From: Acidobacteriota bacterium | GTDB taxonomy: Bacteria > Acidobacteriota > UBA890 > WLXD01 | Direction of reading: 5' to 3' | Assembly: GCA_963666055.2 (NCBI GenBank) | Contig: CAXWPH010000014.1 | Location: 1 to 64,000 of the forward strand | DNA: 64,000 nt | Shown: in pieces, positions 53,896 through 64,000 of the stretch | Layout: every line of letters begins with the position of its first letter | Numbering within the stretch: position 1 is the first letter of the stretch | Program-made: the position numbers and the translations under genes | The notes under the pieces: model-generated | The model's input: only the letters and a program-made list of their open reading frames with translations | Told to the model about the DNA's origin: nothing | Databases searched by the model: none

Positions 53896-54531
53896 TCACG
53901 ATAGATCGTCGCCCGGCGTCTGCTCACGCCGACGCTCGATGATCAACTTGATCATCACCAGCGCGAGGCGCTCCATTTCCAACACCATGCCCTCAGCCTT
54001 GCCAACATAGTAGTTGTAGCCGGCCAGCGCCGGGATGGCGATGGCCAACCCCGTAGCGGTGGTGATCATCGCTTCGGAAATACCCCCCGAAAGGGCGCCT
54101 GCCTGTCCCACTCCCTGGAGCGAGATTACCGAGAACACTTGGATCATACCCAACACCGTCCCGAGCAACCCGAGCAACGGCGAGATGCTGGCGACCGTTC
54201 CCAGAACACCCAGGTAACGCTCGAGTTCCGGAACCTCCTGGCGGCCAGCGTCGCGCACTAGCTCACGGATGAACTCCCGCGGCTCAGCCCGTGATTGCAG
54301 CGCGGGCAAGAGAACGTTGTTCAACGGACCAGGTCGGCTTGCTGCGTATTCCTCGGCACGGACGAACTCACCCCGATCAATCAGCGCATGGATATGCGCC
54401 ACTTCAGCGGGCGGAAGTACCTTGCTATCGCGGAGATTCCAGAATCGCTCGGCCATGATGGCCACTGCGAGCACCGAGCAGAACCCCAGCGGGATCATTA
54501 CCGGTCCGCCGCTCCGCAACACCTCGATCAT
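53896..54531 (-). CDS. exbB: MotA/TolQ/ExbB proton channel
   Basis: SPLLGLLGTVLGMI, GISEAMITTATGL. Confidence 0.92.
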   Translation of the reverse strand: MIEVLRSGGPVMIPLGFCSVLAVAIMAERFWNLRDSKVLPPAEVAHIHALIDRGEFVRAEEYAASRPGPLNNVLLPALQSRAEPREFIRELVRDAGRQEVPELERYLGVLGTVASISPLLGLLGTVLGMIQVFSVISLQGVGQAGALSGGISEAMITTATGLAIAIPALAGYNYYVGKAEGMVLEMERLALVMIKLIIERRREQTPGDDLS

Positions 54532-54553
54532 GTGTGATTAGACTCCCGTCTGA

Positions 54554-54599
54554 TAGCAGGCGCGTAGCAGTCCACTACACTTCCACCACGGCCTGCTAG
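54554..54599. repeat. Short remnant of the CTAGCAGG element
   Basis: acacttccaccacggcctgctag is a 23-nt match to the TIR; its CTAG supplies the tonB-like stop. Confidence 0.75.
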
Positions 54600-55615
54600 C
54601 GCCCATCAGGAAACGTCACGTCGGCCGTGCCCATGTTGTAGATGAACCCCAAGCGACCGCTGATGTCGTCGTACGGATAGTAATCCGGGATCGGTGGCAG
54701 AGGATCCGATAGCTGCAGCGCGAACTGCGCCCCGGCATCGTATGCGGGCTGGCCCGAGGACCAGGTTCGCTCGATGACGATCGTCGCCACCTCGTTGCCG
54801 CTGGCGTCGGTCTGCCGGCGTATCGACAAGGCGACGAACGTGGCACCGCTTATCCCGGTACGGATGAGCGGCGGCATATTGGCTCGCCAGTGACCTTCGA
54901 TACGCCTGATTACCTCGTTCAGGTAGGCGCCAAGATCGTAGCCGTGCGTGTCGAATTGAGCTAGTCCCTCCGAACCATCGACACCACCTTGCCGATTCTC
55001 GTACACCTGCGGATCGATAAACGACTCCAGTCTCGTCAGCTGACTTCTCAAACTCGGCTGGCGCGGTGGAATGGTCACTGTCTCGGCGGCGTCCTCGGTG
55101 GTCTCAGCGGGCTCCTCGACCGGCTCGGTATCCGCCTCGGCGACCTCGGTATCCGACGCCTCCGGCGCCACCTCGGGCGCATCGGCGACGCGATCTGGGG
55201 CTTCCGGACGCTCCTCCGGCCGCGCCGGCTGCGGTTCCGGTGCCGGCGGCTGCGGCTCGGCGGCCGGCGTCTCGATTGGTAGCGCAGCGGCCCGAAGCAC
55301 CGGCGCGGTGGTGTTGCCCTCCGAGAACGGCAGCGGCTGGTCATCGCGCGGCGAGGTATCCGCGGCGACGCGATCGATGTCCGAAGCCGCCGAGTTGTCG
55401 GGCGGCTCCGGCGGCGGCTCGCTTTCCGGCGTGTCCACGAAGGTAAACTGCAGCGCCGGCTCTTCCATCTGGGCAACCGCCGGGGGCGGAAACAAGAGCC
55501 CTGGCCACCAGGTCACCAGGACACCGAGCAGCAGGTGCAACGCGATGGCCAATACCACCGCGCGTCTGAGGGTAAAACCCTGCCGACGAGCCTGGTGCCG
55601 GCTGATATCAGTCAT
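54596..55615 (-). CDS. TonB/TolA-like energy transducer
   Basis: TM with LHLL, Pro/Glu-rich linker, C-terminal SSG..YD..A...PLPP. Confidence 0.8.
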   Translation of the reverse strand: MTDISRHQARRQGFTLRRAVVLAIALHLLLGVLVTWWPGLLFPPPAVAQMEEPALQFTFVDTPESEPPPEPPDNSAASDIDRVAADTSPRDDQPLPFSEGNTTAPVLRAAALPIETPAAEPQPPAPEPQPARPEERPEAPDRVADAPEVAPEASDTEVAEADTEPVEEPAETTEDAAETVTIPPRQPSLRSQLTRLESFIDPQVYENRQGGVDGSEGLAQFDTHGYDLGAYLNEVIRRIEGHWRANMPPLIRTGISGATFVALSIRRQTDASGNEVATIVIERTWSSGQPAYDAGAQFALQLSDPLPPIPDYYPYDDISGRLGFIYNMGTADVTFPDGR

Positions 55616-55783
55616 TTCACCTTGCGCGCTCGCAGGTAACCGCCGGGATGCGTGACCGTGACGGGATCGGGACCGGCATGGCGGCTGCGCGTCCAAACCC
55701 CAGGTACTGTTCAGGTTACGCGCCCTCGCAACCCCTCGAGAATGAGAATAGCACGCCGTTAGCGGCGCCAGCACGGCGAACCG

Positions 55784-56584
55784 TCAGCAACGAAACGTGT
55801 GGCGCCGATCGTTGTAGAGTTTCTGGTGACGGATCACGGTAACCCGTTCGGCGCGGCTCAAGGATCCAATGCGTGGGGTCAGGCCGAGGGCCTTGGCGAC
55901 CGCTTCCGACAGCGTGCTGGCGATGGCTCGCCGACTCGGCCGTCCTGCAAGTAACTCGTAGAGTCCGATCGACTCGCTCGCCGCGCCCGCGCCGCTGCTA
56001 CCGAGCGCACTCCACAGTGCCGGATCGGGCGACCAGAGTGGCAGGGACCCATGTTGCAACACGCGGCCGGCCTCCCGCCGTTGGGCGCTGCCGAGTAGCT
56101 TGCGCCCTTCGGCTGTCACCTCGTGCAGAGCGCGGGCGGCGAAACAGGCTCCAGGCTCATCGCGGGATCGGCGCCCACGGGCGCGCTCGAGACAAACATC
56201 GGCGCCGAGGAGCCGCAAGCCAGCCACCATGCCGGCGGCAATCGCCTGGTAGGTTGGCAGGACGCCACCGGCGAAGGGGCCTGCCGTGGCCGGGCCGACA
56301 AGCGCATAGGTGAGCTCGCCAGAGTGGAGCACCGCACGTCCGCCCGTACGTCGCCGCACCAAGTCGACACCCAGACGTCTGGCGACTCGGGGGTCGAAGC
56401 CGTCACGCCACCGCTGCGCGTAGCCGAGCGAGACGGTGGGACGAGCCCACGCGTACCAGCGCATGCTGTATTGGTGCGCCGAGGAGCCGCCCAGCAGCGC
56501 ATCGTCGATGGCCATATTGGCCGCCCCAGAAAGCTCTCCATCGAGCAGTACCCGGAGTTGCGTAGAGTGATGTTCGGAATTCAT
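55784..56584 (-). CDS. Lipoate-protein ligase family (LipM-like)
   Basis: NMAIDDAL, RRRTGGRAVLH, KLLGSAQRR, LQHGS. Confidence 0.88.
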   Translation of the reverse strand: MNSEHHSTQLRVLLDGELSGAANMAIDDALLGGSSAHQYSMRWYAWARPTVSLGYAQRWRDGFDPRVARRLGVDLVRRRTGGRAVLHSGELTYALVGPATAGPFAGGVLPTYQAIAAGMVAGLRLLGADVCLERARGRRSRDEPGACFAARALHEVTAEGRKLLGSAQRREAGRVLQHGSLPLWSPDPALWSALGSSGAGAASESIGLYELLAGRPSRRAIASTLSEAVAKALGLTPRIGSLSRAERVTVIRHQKLYNDRRHTFRC

Positions 56585-56602
56585 GCCGGCGGGCTCTGCC
56601 TG

Positions 56603-57715
56603 TCAGAGAAGCTCGTCCAACGGCATATGGGCGCGCCCCTGCGAAGCAGCCACCGGAGCACAGGTGACGTGCCCCTTGTAGGTATTGACGCCCAGTGCCA
56701 GGGCCGGATCGCGACGCAGGGCAGCCTCGACGCCCAGGGCGACGAGCTTCACCAAGTACGCAGCCGTCACGTTGGTGAGCCCGAAGGTAGACGTACGCGG
56801 CACGGCTCCAGGCATATTGGTAACCCCGTAGTGCACTACCCCATCAACGACAAAGGTGGGCTCGCGATGCGTCGTGGCGCGGGTTGTCTCGATACAACCT
56901 CCCTGATCGACCGCCACGTCGACGATCACCGCGCCGTCCTTCATCTTCGACACCACCTCACGTGAGACAACGTTCGGAGCTGATGCTCCGACAATCAGCA
57001 CCGCGCCCACCAGCAGATCAGCCCGTAGGCACCAGGCCTCGACGGTCGTCGTGTGCGACATGATGGTGTTCACGTGGCCACCGAAGACGTCGTCGATGTA
57101 CTGCAGCGTGTGAGCGTTGTTGTCCAGGACGGTGACGTGGGCGCCCATCCCGTAGGCGACGCGCGCGGCGTTGCGGCCCACGATGCCGCCGCCAATCACC
57201 ACCACGTCGGCGGGATTCACACCGGGCAGGCCTCCCAGTAAGACCCCTCGACCGCCCTCGGCCTTCTCGAGGAAGTGGGCCCCGACCTGTACCGACATGC
57301 GTCCGGCAATCTCGCTCATCGGGACAAGCAGCGGCAGCGAGCCATCCGGAAGCTCAACCGTTTCGTAGGCGATGCCCGTCACCTGGTTTTCAAGCAGCGC
57401 TTCGGTCAATTCCGGCAATGGCGCCAGATGCAGGTACGTGTAGAGGACCAAGTCCGGCCGCAGGTACCCGAACTCTGCCGCCACAGGCTCCTTGACCTTG
57501 ATGATCAGATCGGCCTCCGCCCAGACCTTCTGAGCGCTATCGATCAGGCGCGCGCCGGCCGCCACGTACTGGTCATCGGGGAGACCACTACCAAGCCCTG
57601 CGCCGGATTCGACAAGCACCTCCGCACCGGCGGCGACAACCTGTCGAACACCGGCCGGAACCAGGCCGACGCGGTGCTCCTGCGGCTTTATTTCCTTGAC
57701 GACGCCGACCTTCAT
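56603..57715 (-). CDS. ald: Alanine dehydrogenase
   Basis: KEIK.QEHRV, KVKEP, YLHLA, DVAVDQGGC, NMPGAVPRTST. Confidence 0.96.
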   Translation of the reverse strand: MKVGVVKEIKPQEHRVGLVPAGVRQVVAAGAEVLVESGAGLGSGLPDDQYVAAGARLIDSAQKVWAEADLIIKVKEPVAAEFGYLRPDLVLYTYLHLAPLPELTEALLENQVTGIAYETVELPDGSLPLLVPMSEIAGRMSVQVGAHFLEKAEGGRGVLLGGLPGVNPADVVVIGGGIVGRNAARVAYGMGAHVTVLDNNAHTLQYIDDVFGGHVNTIMSHTTTVEAWCLRADLLVGAVLIVGASAPNVVSREVVSKMKDGAVIVDVAVDQGGCIETTRATTHREPTFVVDGVVHYGVTNMPGAVPRTSTFGLTNVTAAYLVKLVALGVEAALRRDPALALGVNTYKGHVTCAPVAASQGRAHMPLDELL

Positions 57716-58074
57716 TGGGGAGCTTCTTTCCCCGCCTTGTCGGTGGCCCGTATCTCCACGTTGCCCTCGAAGACCGCCCCCTCGGCAAAAACCACGGAGG
57801 GCGCTCGGATATCGCCGGTGACGCGGCCCGTCGCTCCTACCTCGACCTTCTGTATTCCGTTGGCGTCACCGTCCAAGTAGCCATCGACCGTGATCCGATC
57901 ACCACACAACGTGCCCTTGGCGCGACCTCGCTCTCCGATCGCCACGTCGCCATCCAGCGTCACCGTACCGGTGACACTGCCATGACACTCGAGCGATCCG
58001 CTGCCCCGAATATTCCCCTCGAAGACACAACCCGGGCCCAGGTAGGAGCGCGTGCTACTCGCTTTGTCCGACAT
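57712..58074 (-). CDS. Bactofilin (polymer-forming cytoskeletal protein)
   Basis: FEGNI...G.V.G...V.GDI.A...EGAVFEG beta-helix pattern. Confidence 0.88.
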   Translation of the reverse strand: MSDKASSTRSYLGPGCVFEGNIRGSGSLECHGSVTGTVTLDGDVAIGERGRAKGTLCGDRITVDGYLDGDANGIQKVEVGATGRVTGDIRAPSVVFAEGAVFEGNVEIRATDKAGKEAPQ

Positions 58075-58136
58075 GGTGTCCTCGGTAGCTTGGGGCAGTA
58101 ACCGCTTGCCACGGTTTGCTAAAACTTGACCTCGAG

Positions 58137-58209
58137 AGCGGGTAACGGGGCTCGAACCCGTGGCCTTCGGCTTGGGAAGCCGACGCTCTACCAACTGAGC
58201 TATACCCGC
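58137..58209 (-). tRNA. tRNA-Gly(CCC), CCA not encoded
   Basis: gcgggtatagctcagttgg...tcggc-ttCCCaa-gccga...ggttcgagccc...acccgct. Confidence 0.95.
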
Positions 58210-58309
58210 GTCGCAACCTCTGCACCGACGCCGTGAAGCGATGACTGTAGCAACGCCGCACTAACAGGGTCAACGATGCGCAGCATCGTCGTGCGGGCGC
58301 TGGCGGCCA

Positions 58310-59476
<1,167 letters not shown>

Positions 59477-59612
59477 GGGCCCCAACCTCGCGGCGGGCGT
59501 TGTGGGAGCTGGCCGTGCATCAATGGACGTCGGGCAGTGAGGCTACCATGCGCTCCGCACGGCGGCTCAGCGCCGTCTTTTGCACCCCCAATAGCCATGG
59601 CATGCTCACAGT

Positions 59613-60770
59613 ATGGACAGCCGCCGCGTGTATCTCGACTACAACGCCACCGCGCCCGTGGCCACCGAGGTCAGGGCCGTCATGGAGCCGTGGCTAGCCG
59701 ACACCGCTGCCAATCCATCGAGCGTTCACCGCGACGGCCAGCGTGCGCGCGCCGCGGTGGAGACCGCGCGTCAGCAGGTCCTGAAGCTATGTGGAGGCCA
59801 CGATTTGGTGTTCTCCAGCGGTGGGACGGAGGCCGACAACCTGGCCCTGACCGGTTTGTTGGGATGGCCGCCTCGCGGTCATCTGGTGGTCTCGGCTATC
59901 GAGCATCCTGCCGTCCTGGAGCCTGCCGACGCGCTCGCCGCGTTCGGGGTCGAGACGACCCGGGTGCCGGTCGACGCTGAAGGGTGCGTTGATCCGAACG
60001 CGGTTGCCGCAGCCCTGCGCGACGATACGGTTCTGGTATCGGTCATGGCAGCCAACAATGAAACTGGCACCATCCAGCCGGTGCGCGAGGTTGCTTCCAT
60101 GGCGCGACGCCGCGGCATCCACGTGCATTGCGATGCCGTGCAGGCCGCCGCCTGGCTGGATCTCGATGATCTCCTAGGCGACGTCGACATGGTCAGCCTG
60201 TCTGGTCACAAGATCGGCGGACCACCCGGCATCGGCGCCCTCGTGCTGCGCCGACCGTTGGATCTCACCCCGATGCTGCGCGGCGGCGGGCAGCAGCGCG
60301 GACGGCGCGGCGGCACTGAGCCCACTGCCCTCATCGCCGGCTTTGGTGCCGCCTGCGATCGCGCTCGGAGACGGCACCGAGTCGAAGCGAAGCGTGTTGG
60401 CGGCTTGGCCAGCGAGCTCGCCGCGGAAATCGTCGACCTGGCGCCGGACGTACACGTGACCGTGCCCGCTGCGCCCCGACTACCGAACACGATCCACCTA
60501 TGCTTCGCCGAGTGCCCAGGCGACCTGTTGGTCGCATGCCTGGACCTGGAGAACATCGCGGCGTCAGCCGGCTCGGCATGTGCCAGCGGTGTGGCGCATG
60601 CTTCACATGTGCTGGAGGCGCTCGAACTGCCGAGGCGCTACCAGACCGGAGCGCTACGGTTGTCCCTGGGTTACGATACCGATCGCGAGCAAACTGCCGG
60701 CCTCGCGGCGCGCATCGTCCGGTGCGTTGTGGCCGCAACCGAGGGCAGCCTGCCTGCGGTGGGAGCCTGA
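59613..60770 (+). CDS. iscS: Cysteine desulfurase (IscS/NifS family)
   Basis: YLDYNAT, ANNETG, SGHKIGG, GSAC; adjacent to mnmA. Confidence 0.9.
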   Translation: MDSRRVYLDYNATAPVATEVRAVMEPWLADTAANPSSVHRDGQRARAAVETARQQVLKLCGGHDLVFSSGGTEADNLALTGLLGWPPRGHLVVSAIEHPAVLEPADALAAFGVETTRVPVDAEGCVDPNAVAAALRDDTVLVSVMAANNETGTIQPVREVASMARRRGIHVHCDAVQAAAWLDLDDLLGDVDMVSLSGHKIGGPPGIGALVLRRPLDLTPMLRGGGQQRGRRGGTEPTALIAGFGAACDRARRRHRVEAKRVGGLASELAAEIVDLAPDVHVTVPAAPRLPNTIHLCFAECPGDLLVACLDLENIAASAGSACASGVAHASHVLEALELPRRYQTGALRLSLGYDTDREQTAGLAARIVRCVVAATEGSLPAVGA

Positions 60771-60771
60771 G

Positions 60772-61878
60772 ATGGGGCGTGTCGCCGTAGCGATGAGCGG
60801 AGGCGTAGATTCGAGTGCCGCCGCAGCTATCCTGCGCCAGGAGGGGCACGAGGTCGTCGGTCTCACGTTGCAGCTCTGGGACTACGGCGACATCAACCGC
60901 GGGCGCGGACGGGGACGGTGTTGTTCCCCGGCCGATATCGCCGATGCTCGGGCGGTGGCGGCACAGCTCGACTTCCCCCACTACGTTTTCGACCATACTG
61001 CCGCGTTCCGGTCGGAGATCGTCGAGCCGTTCCTCGACTCCTATGCCGCCGGCGACACTCCGAGCCCGTGCATCCGATGTAACCGGAGGGTAAAGTTCGG
61101 ATTGCTCCGACGACTGGCGCGGAGCCTCGGTGCCGACTCGCTGGCGACGGGCCATTATGCCCGCCTCGGCGAGCGGTCCGGCCGACCGCTGCTCCGTAAG
61201 GGGGTCGATGCCGACAAGGACCAGTCGTACTTCCTCTTCGACGTGCCTGCGGAGCAGCTTCGCCACGTCCGTTTCCCTATAGGAGAACTCAGCAAGGACG
61301 AGGTCCGCGACGAGGCTCGACGATTGAATCTACACGTCGCGGACAAGCCTGAGAGCTATGATCTTTGCTTCATTCCGGACGGCGACAAAAACGCGTTCGT
61401 CGAGCGGCACCGACCCGAGAGCTCGGAACGGCCGATCGTCATGCGCCACGCCGACGGCCATTCGCTCGGGCAGACCAACGGCCTCCATCGCTTTACGATC
61501 GGCCAGCGGCGAGGGCTAGGCATCGTCGCGAGCGACCGGCTGTATGTGCTCGACATCGATGCCGAAGCTGCTAGCGTTACCGTCGGCCCGCGCCAAGGCC
61601 TGGAGAGCTCTACCTTGGTAGCTGAACGCTGCAACTGGCTGGCGATTGACGCTCCGGACTCTCCGCTGAGGGTCAGGGCACGCATCCGTCACCGACATCG
61701 CGAAGCCGAGGCCATCGTCACCCCGATGCACGGAGGCCGCTACCAGGTTGCGTTCGGAGAGCCTCAGCACGCGGTTACCCCCGGGCAGGGCGTAGCATTC
61801 TACGATGGCGATGTTCTGCTCGGCGGCGGCTGGATCATCCGCCAGCAAGCCGACCAGCCCGAGGCCGCCACCGCATGA
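60772..61878 (+). CDS. mnmA: tRNA 2-thiouridylase
   Basis: AMSGGVDS, PCIRCN, ATGHY, KDQSYFL, TIGQRRG, TPGQ. Confidence 0.96.
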   Translation: MGRVAVAMSGGVDSSAAAAILRQEGHEVVGLTLQLWDYGDINRGRGRGRCCSPADIADARAVAAQLDFPHYVFDHTAAFRSEIVEPFLDSYAAGDTPSPCIRCNRRVKFGLLRRLARSLGADSLATGHYARLGERSGRPLLRKGVDADKDQSYFLFDVPAEQLRHVRFPIGELSKDEVRDEARRLNLHVADKPESYDLCFIPDGDKNAFVERHRPESSERPIVMRHADGHSLGQTNGLHRFTIGQRRGLGIVASDRLYVLDIDAEAASVTVGPRQGLESSTLVAERCNWLAIDAPDSPLRVRARIRHRHREAEAIVTPMHGGRYQVAFGEPQHAVTPGQGVAFYDGDVLLGGGWIIRQQADQPEAATA

Positions 61879-61898
61879 TGGGACGTGCGGGGCAGTAG

Positions 61899-62654
61899 TT
61901 AATCCGCCGACTCGCGCGATTGCTTCAAGAGCGGCTCCAGCAGCATCCGTGCCGCCACTTGCTCGGCTCGCTTCTTGGTACTGCCTTGGCCTACGGCGCG
62001 CTGATTGTCGCCAGCGGTCACCTGAACGCGGAACGTCTTCTGGTGATCGGATCCCGACTCATCGACAACCTCATACAAGGGCAGAGGTAGCCCCGCAGCT
62101 TGTACATGCTCCTGGAGCGCCGACTTGAAGTCACGAGTGGGGGGCGACTGATCGGCGGCCGGGCTGATCAGCGGGTCGAGCCGCGCGAGGACGAACTCGC
62201 TAGCACAATCGAGTCCGCCGTCCAGGTAAAGGGCAGCTATCAGCGCTTCGAAGGTATTCGCCAGGATCGAGTTCTTGGTGCGGCCCGCGGTATTCTCTTC
62301 GCCGCGGCCCAGGAAGACGAACTGCCCCAGCCCGAGATCATCCGCAAGCTTGGCGAGCGTCTCCGCCGACACCAGGAACGACTTGAGCTTAGACATCTGT
62401 CCTTCGTTGAGCGACGGATATCGACGACATAGGAGGTCGCTGACGATCAGCCCCAACACCGCGTCACCGAGAAATTCGAAGACCTCGTTGTCGTCCACGC
62501 CGCCGCCCCGTTCGTTAGCATACGAGCGGTGCGTCAGGGCGCGAACCAGCAGCGCACGGTCGTCGAAGCTGTACCCGACCCGCTGCTCTAGAGGAGCGAG
62601 CGAGCCGCCGTCACGCGCGGTCTGCGAATCACCGATGCTGCGATCAGTTTGCAC
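61899..62654 (-). CDS. rnc: Ribonuclease III
   Basis: ALTHRS, EFLGDAVL, FEALIAALYLD, dsRBD; GTG start inferred. Confidence 0.95.
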   Translation of the reverse strand: MQTDRSIGDSQTARDGGSLAPLEQRVGYSFDDRALLVRALTHRSYANERGGGVDDNEVFEFLGDAVLGLIVSDLLCRRYPSLNEGQMSKLKSFLVSAETLAKLADDLGLGQFVFLGRGEENTAGRTKNSILANTFEALIAALYLDGGLDCASEFVLARLDPLISPAADQSPPTRDFKSALQEHVQAAGLPLPLYEVVDESGSDHQKTFRVQVTAGDNQRAVGQGSTKKRAEQVAARMLLEPLLKQSRESAD

Positions 62655-63351
62655 CTGTCGGCAACTCCATCGACGCGCGAATCGCGACCGCCGCCGCCAC
62701 CGGGTCGTCGGCATGCAGAATTGGGCGCCCGACGACCAGATAATCGGCCCCGGCTAGCACCGCCGCCGCTGGGGTGGCGACGCGGGCCTGGTCGTGTGCG
62801 TCAGCGCCGGCCGGGCGAATCCCAGGCGTAACGAGGAGAAACTCCGGCCCCCATCGCGCGCGGATTGCGGCAACTTCTCGAACCGAGGCTACCACACCGT
62901 CACAGCCGCTATCGTGGGCCAGCTGACAGCGCCGGTCGACCACCGAGGCCGGGTCATCGTGGATGCCGACGGCCGGCAGATCCTCGGCCGAAAGGCTAGT
63001 GAGCAAGGTAACGCCCAGGAGTCGCGGGACGCGCTGCTTCGAGCGCGCCGCCACCGCCGCTTCGAGCATCTTGCGCCCGCCGCTGGTGTGCAAGGTGAGC
63101 AACTCCACCTCGAGCTCCGCGGCCGACCGCACGGCGCCGGCGGCGGTTGCCGGAATGTCGCAGATCTTGAGGTCGAGGAAGATCCCCCATCCGATCGACA
63201 TGAGCTCACGCACCAAGCCTGGCCCCTGAGCGATAAACAGTTGAAGACCGACCTTGAGGAGGTCGGCGTGCCCTTGCAGTGCTTCGGCAATCCGGAGGGC
63301 ACGTTCGGCGTTGGGGACATCGAGCGCGACGATCAGTCGCGGCCGGCTCAA
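62644..63351 (-). CDS. pyrF: Orotidine-5'-phosphate decarboxylase
   Basis: [26 protein letters not shown]. Confidence 0.96.
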   Translation of the reverse strand: MSRPRLIVALDVPNAERALRIAEALQGHADLLKVGLQLFIAQGPGLVRELMSIGWGIFLDLKICDIPATAAGAVRSAAELEVELLTLHTSGGRKMLEAAVAARSKQRVPRLLGVTLLTSLSAEDLPAVGIHDDPASVVDRRCQLAHDSGCDGVVASVREVAAIRARWGPEFLLVTPGIRPAGADAHDQARVATPAAAVLAGADYLVVGRPILHADDPVAAAVAIRASMELPTGAN

Positions 63352-63737
63352 TTCATTCGCTCAATGCGCACTCGAGCGACTCCCTCGTCGACCATCACCA
63401 GCGCCCGCGCGGCGCCCAAAGACAAGTCCAGATCCCGTCCCTTGATGAACGGTCCACGGTCGTTGATCTCTACCACTACGGAGCGCCGGTTGCCCGGGTG
63501 CGTGACTCGCAGGCGTGTCCCGAACGGCAGAGTCTTGTGCGCCGCCGTCAGCGCGTACATGTCGAACACCTCGCCGCTCGCCGTCTGGCGGCCATGGTAC
63601 TTGGGTCCATACCAGGATGCGACCATTACCGCGACCTTCGATCCAGGTCGCGCTGCGGGACGAAGCTGCGTTGCGCACCCGCTTGCCACCAGGAGCATGG
63701 CGCTAATAGCGATCGCCGCCGGCAGCCGACGCGTCAC
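63348..63737 (-). CDS. rlpA: Septal ring lytic transglycosylase RlpA family lipoprotein
   Basis: Lipobox, [26 protein letters not shown]. Confidence 0.92.
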   Translation of the reverse strand: MTRRLPAAIAISAMLLVASGCATQLRPAARPGSKVAVMVASWYGPKYHGRQTASGEVFDMYALTAAHKTLPFGTRLRVTHPGNRRSVVVEINDRGPFIKGRDLDLSLGAARALVMVDEGVARVRIERMN

Positions 63738-63750
63738 CCTCCGAGAGCCC

Positions 63751-64000
63751 TCACAGCTCGCCCACCTGTAGCGACCCGATGACTTCGCGGACCGTGGGAA
63801 TCTCTTCATCGCAACACCATCTCGCCAGCTCATCGACCAAGCGCTGTGACGCGGTTGGATCGTAAAAGTTTGCCGTGCCGATCTGAACCGCTGTTGCGCC
63901 CACGGTCAAATACTGGAGCACATGATCAAGCTCAGATACGCCACCAATGCCTATCAAAGGCAATGACGAGACCAGAGATACCTCGTAAAGTAAGTACAGG
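63751..64000 (-). CDS. pyrD: Dihydroorotate dehydrogenase (3' part, truncated by the window edge)
   Basis: PLIGIGGV...[14 protein letters not shown]; upstream of pyrF. Confidence 0.85.
   Translation of the reverse strand, partial: LYLLYEVSLVSSLPLIGIGGVSELDHVLQYLTVGATAVQIGTANFYDPTASQRLVDELARWCCDEEIPTVREVIGSLQVGEL

Overview
GC-rich bacterial chromosome segment, probably Acidobacteriota. This assignment is an inference from the Ser/Thr kinase-TolB/PD40 fusion genes ending in NWFxELxRLVPT and the DUF6677/TPR/miaA neighbourhood. There are three mostly intact housekeeping blocks. The first (1-20.0 kb) holds acetoacetate-CoA ligase, ALDH7, an APC permease, nfuA, NTT-HEAT, glycerate kinase, apt and surE. 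The second (37.7-41.3 kb) holds tRNA-Pro, MerR, IHF/HU, der and a site-2 protease. The third (47.5-64 kb) holds hbd, thiolase, miaA, exbBD/tonB, ald, gcdH, iscS, mnmA, rnc, pyrF, rlpA and pyrD. Two accessory regions separate these blocks. Region A (~20.0-37.7 kb) lies at the 3' end of tRNA-Pro(GGG) and carries a Tad/Flp pilus operon with homopolymer frameshifts and a truncated tadC, plus a patchwork of gene fragments. Region B (~41.3-47.55 kb) carries a solo integron attC cassette, an excisionase-like fragment, a dead rpsU, an XRE-type gene and integrase-arm-like repeats. Two signals stand out. (i) Twice, a kinase-TolB gene is reduced to its two ends with unrelated cargo in between, and the two C-terminal ends share an identical 40-bp block and a conserved 3' flank. 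(ii) A family of palindromic MITE-like elements has different termini and arms but shares a 53-54 nt fixed-spacing core. Four tRNAs were found and no CRISPR array. All protein calls come from motif recognition by eye; no database searches were run.
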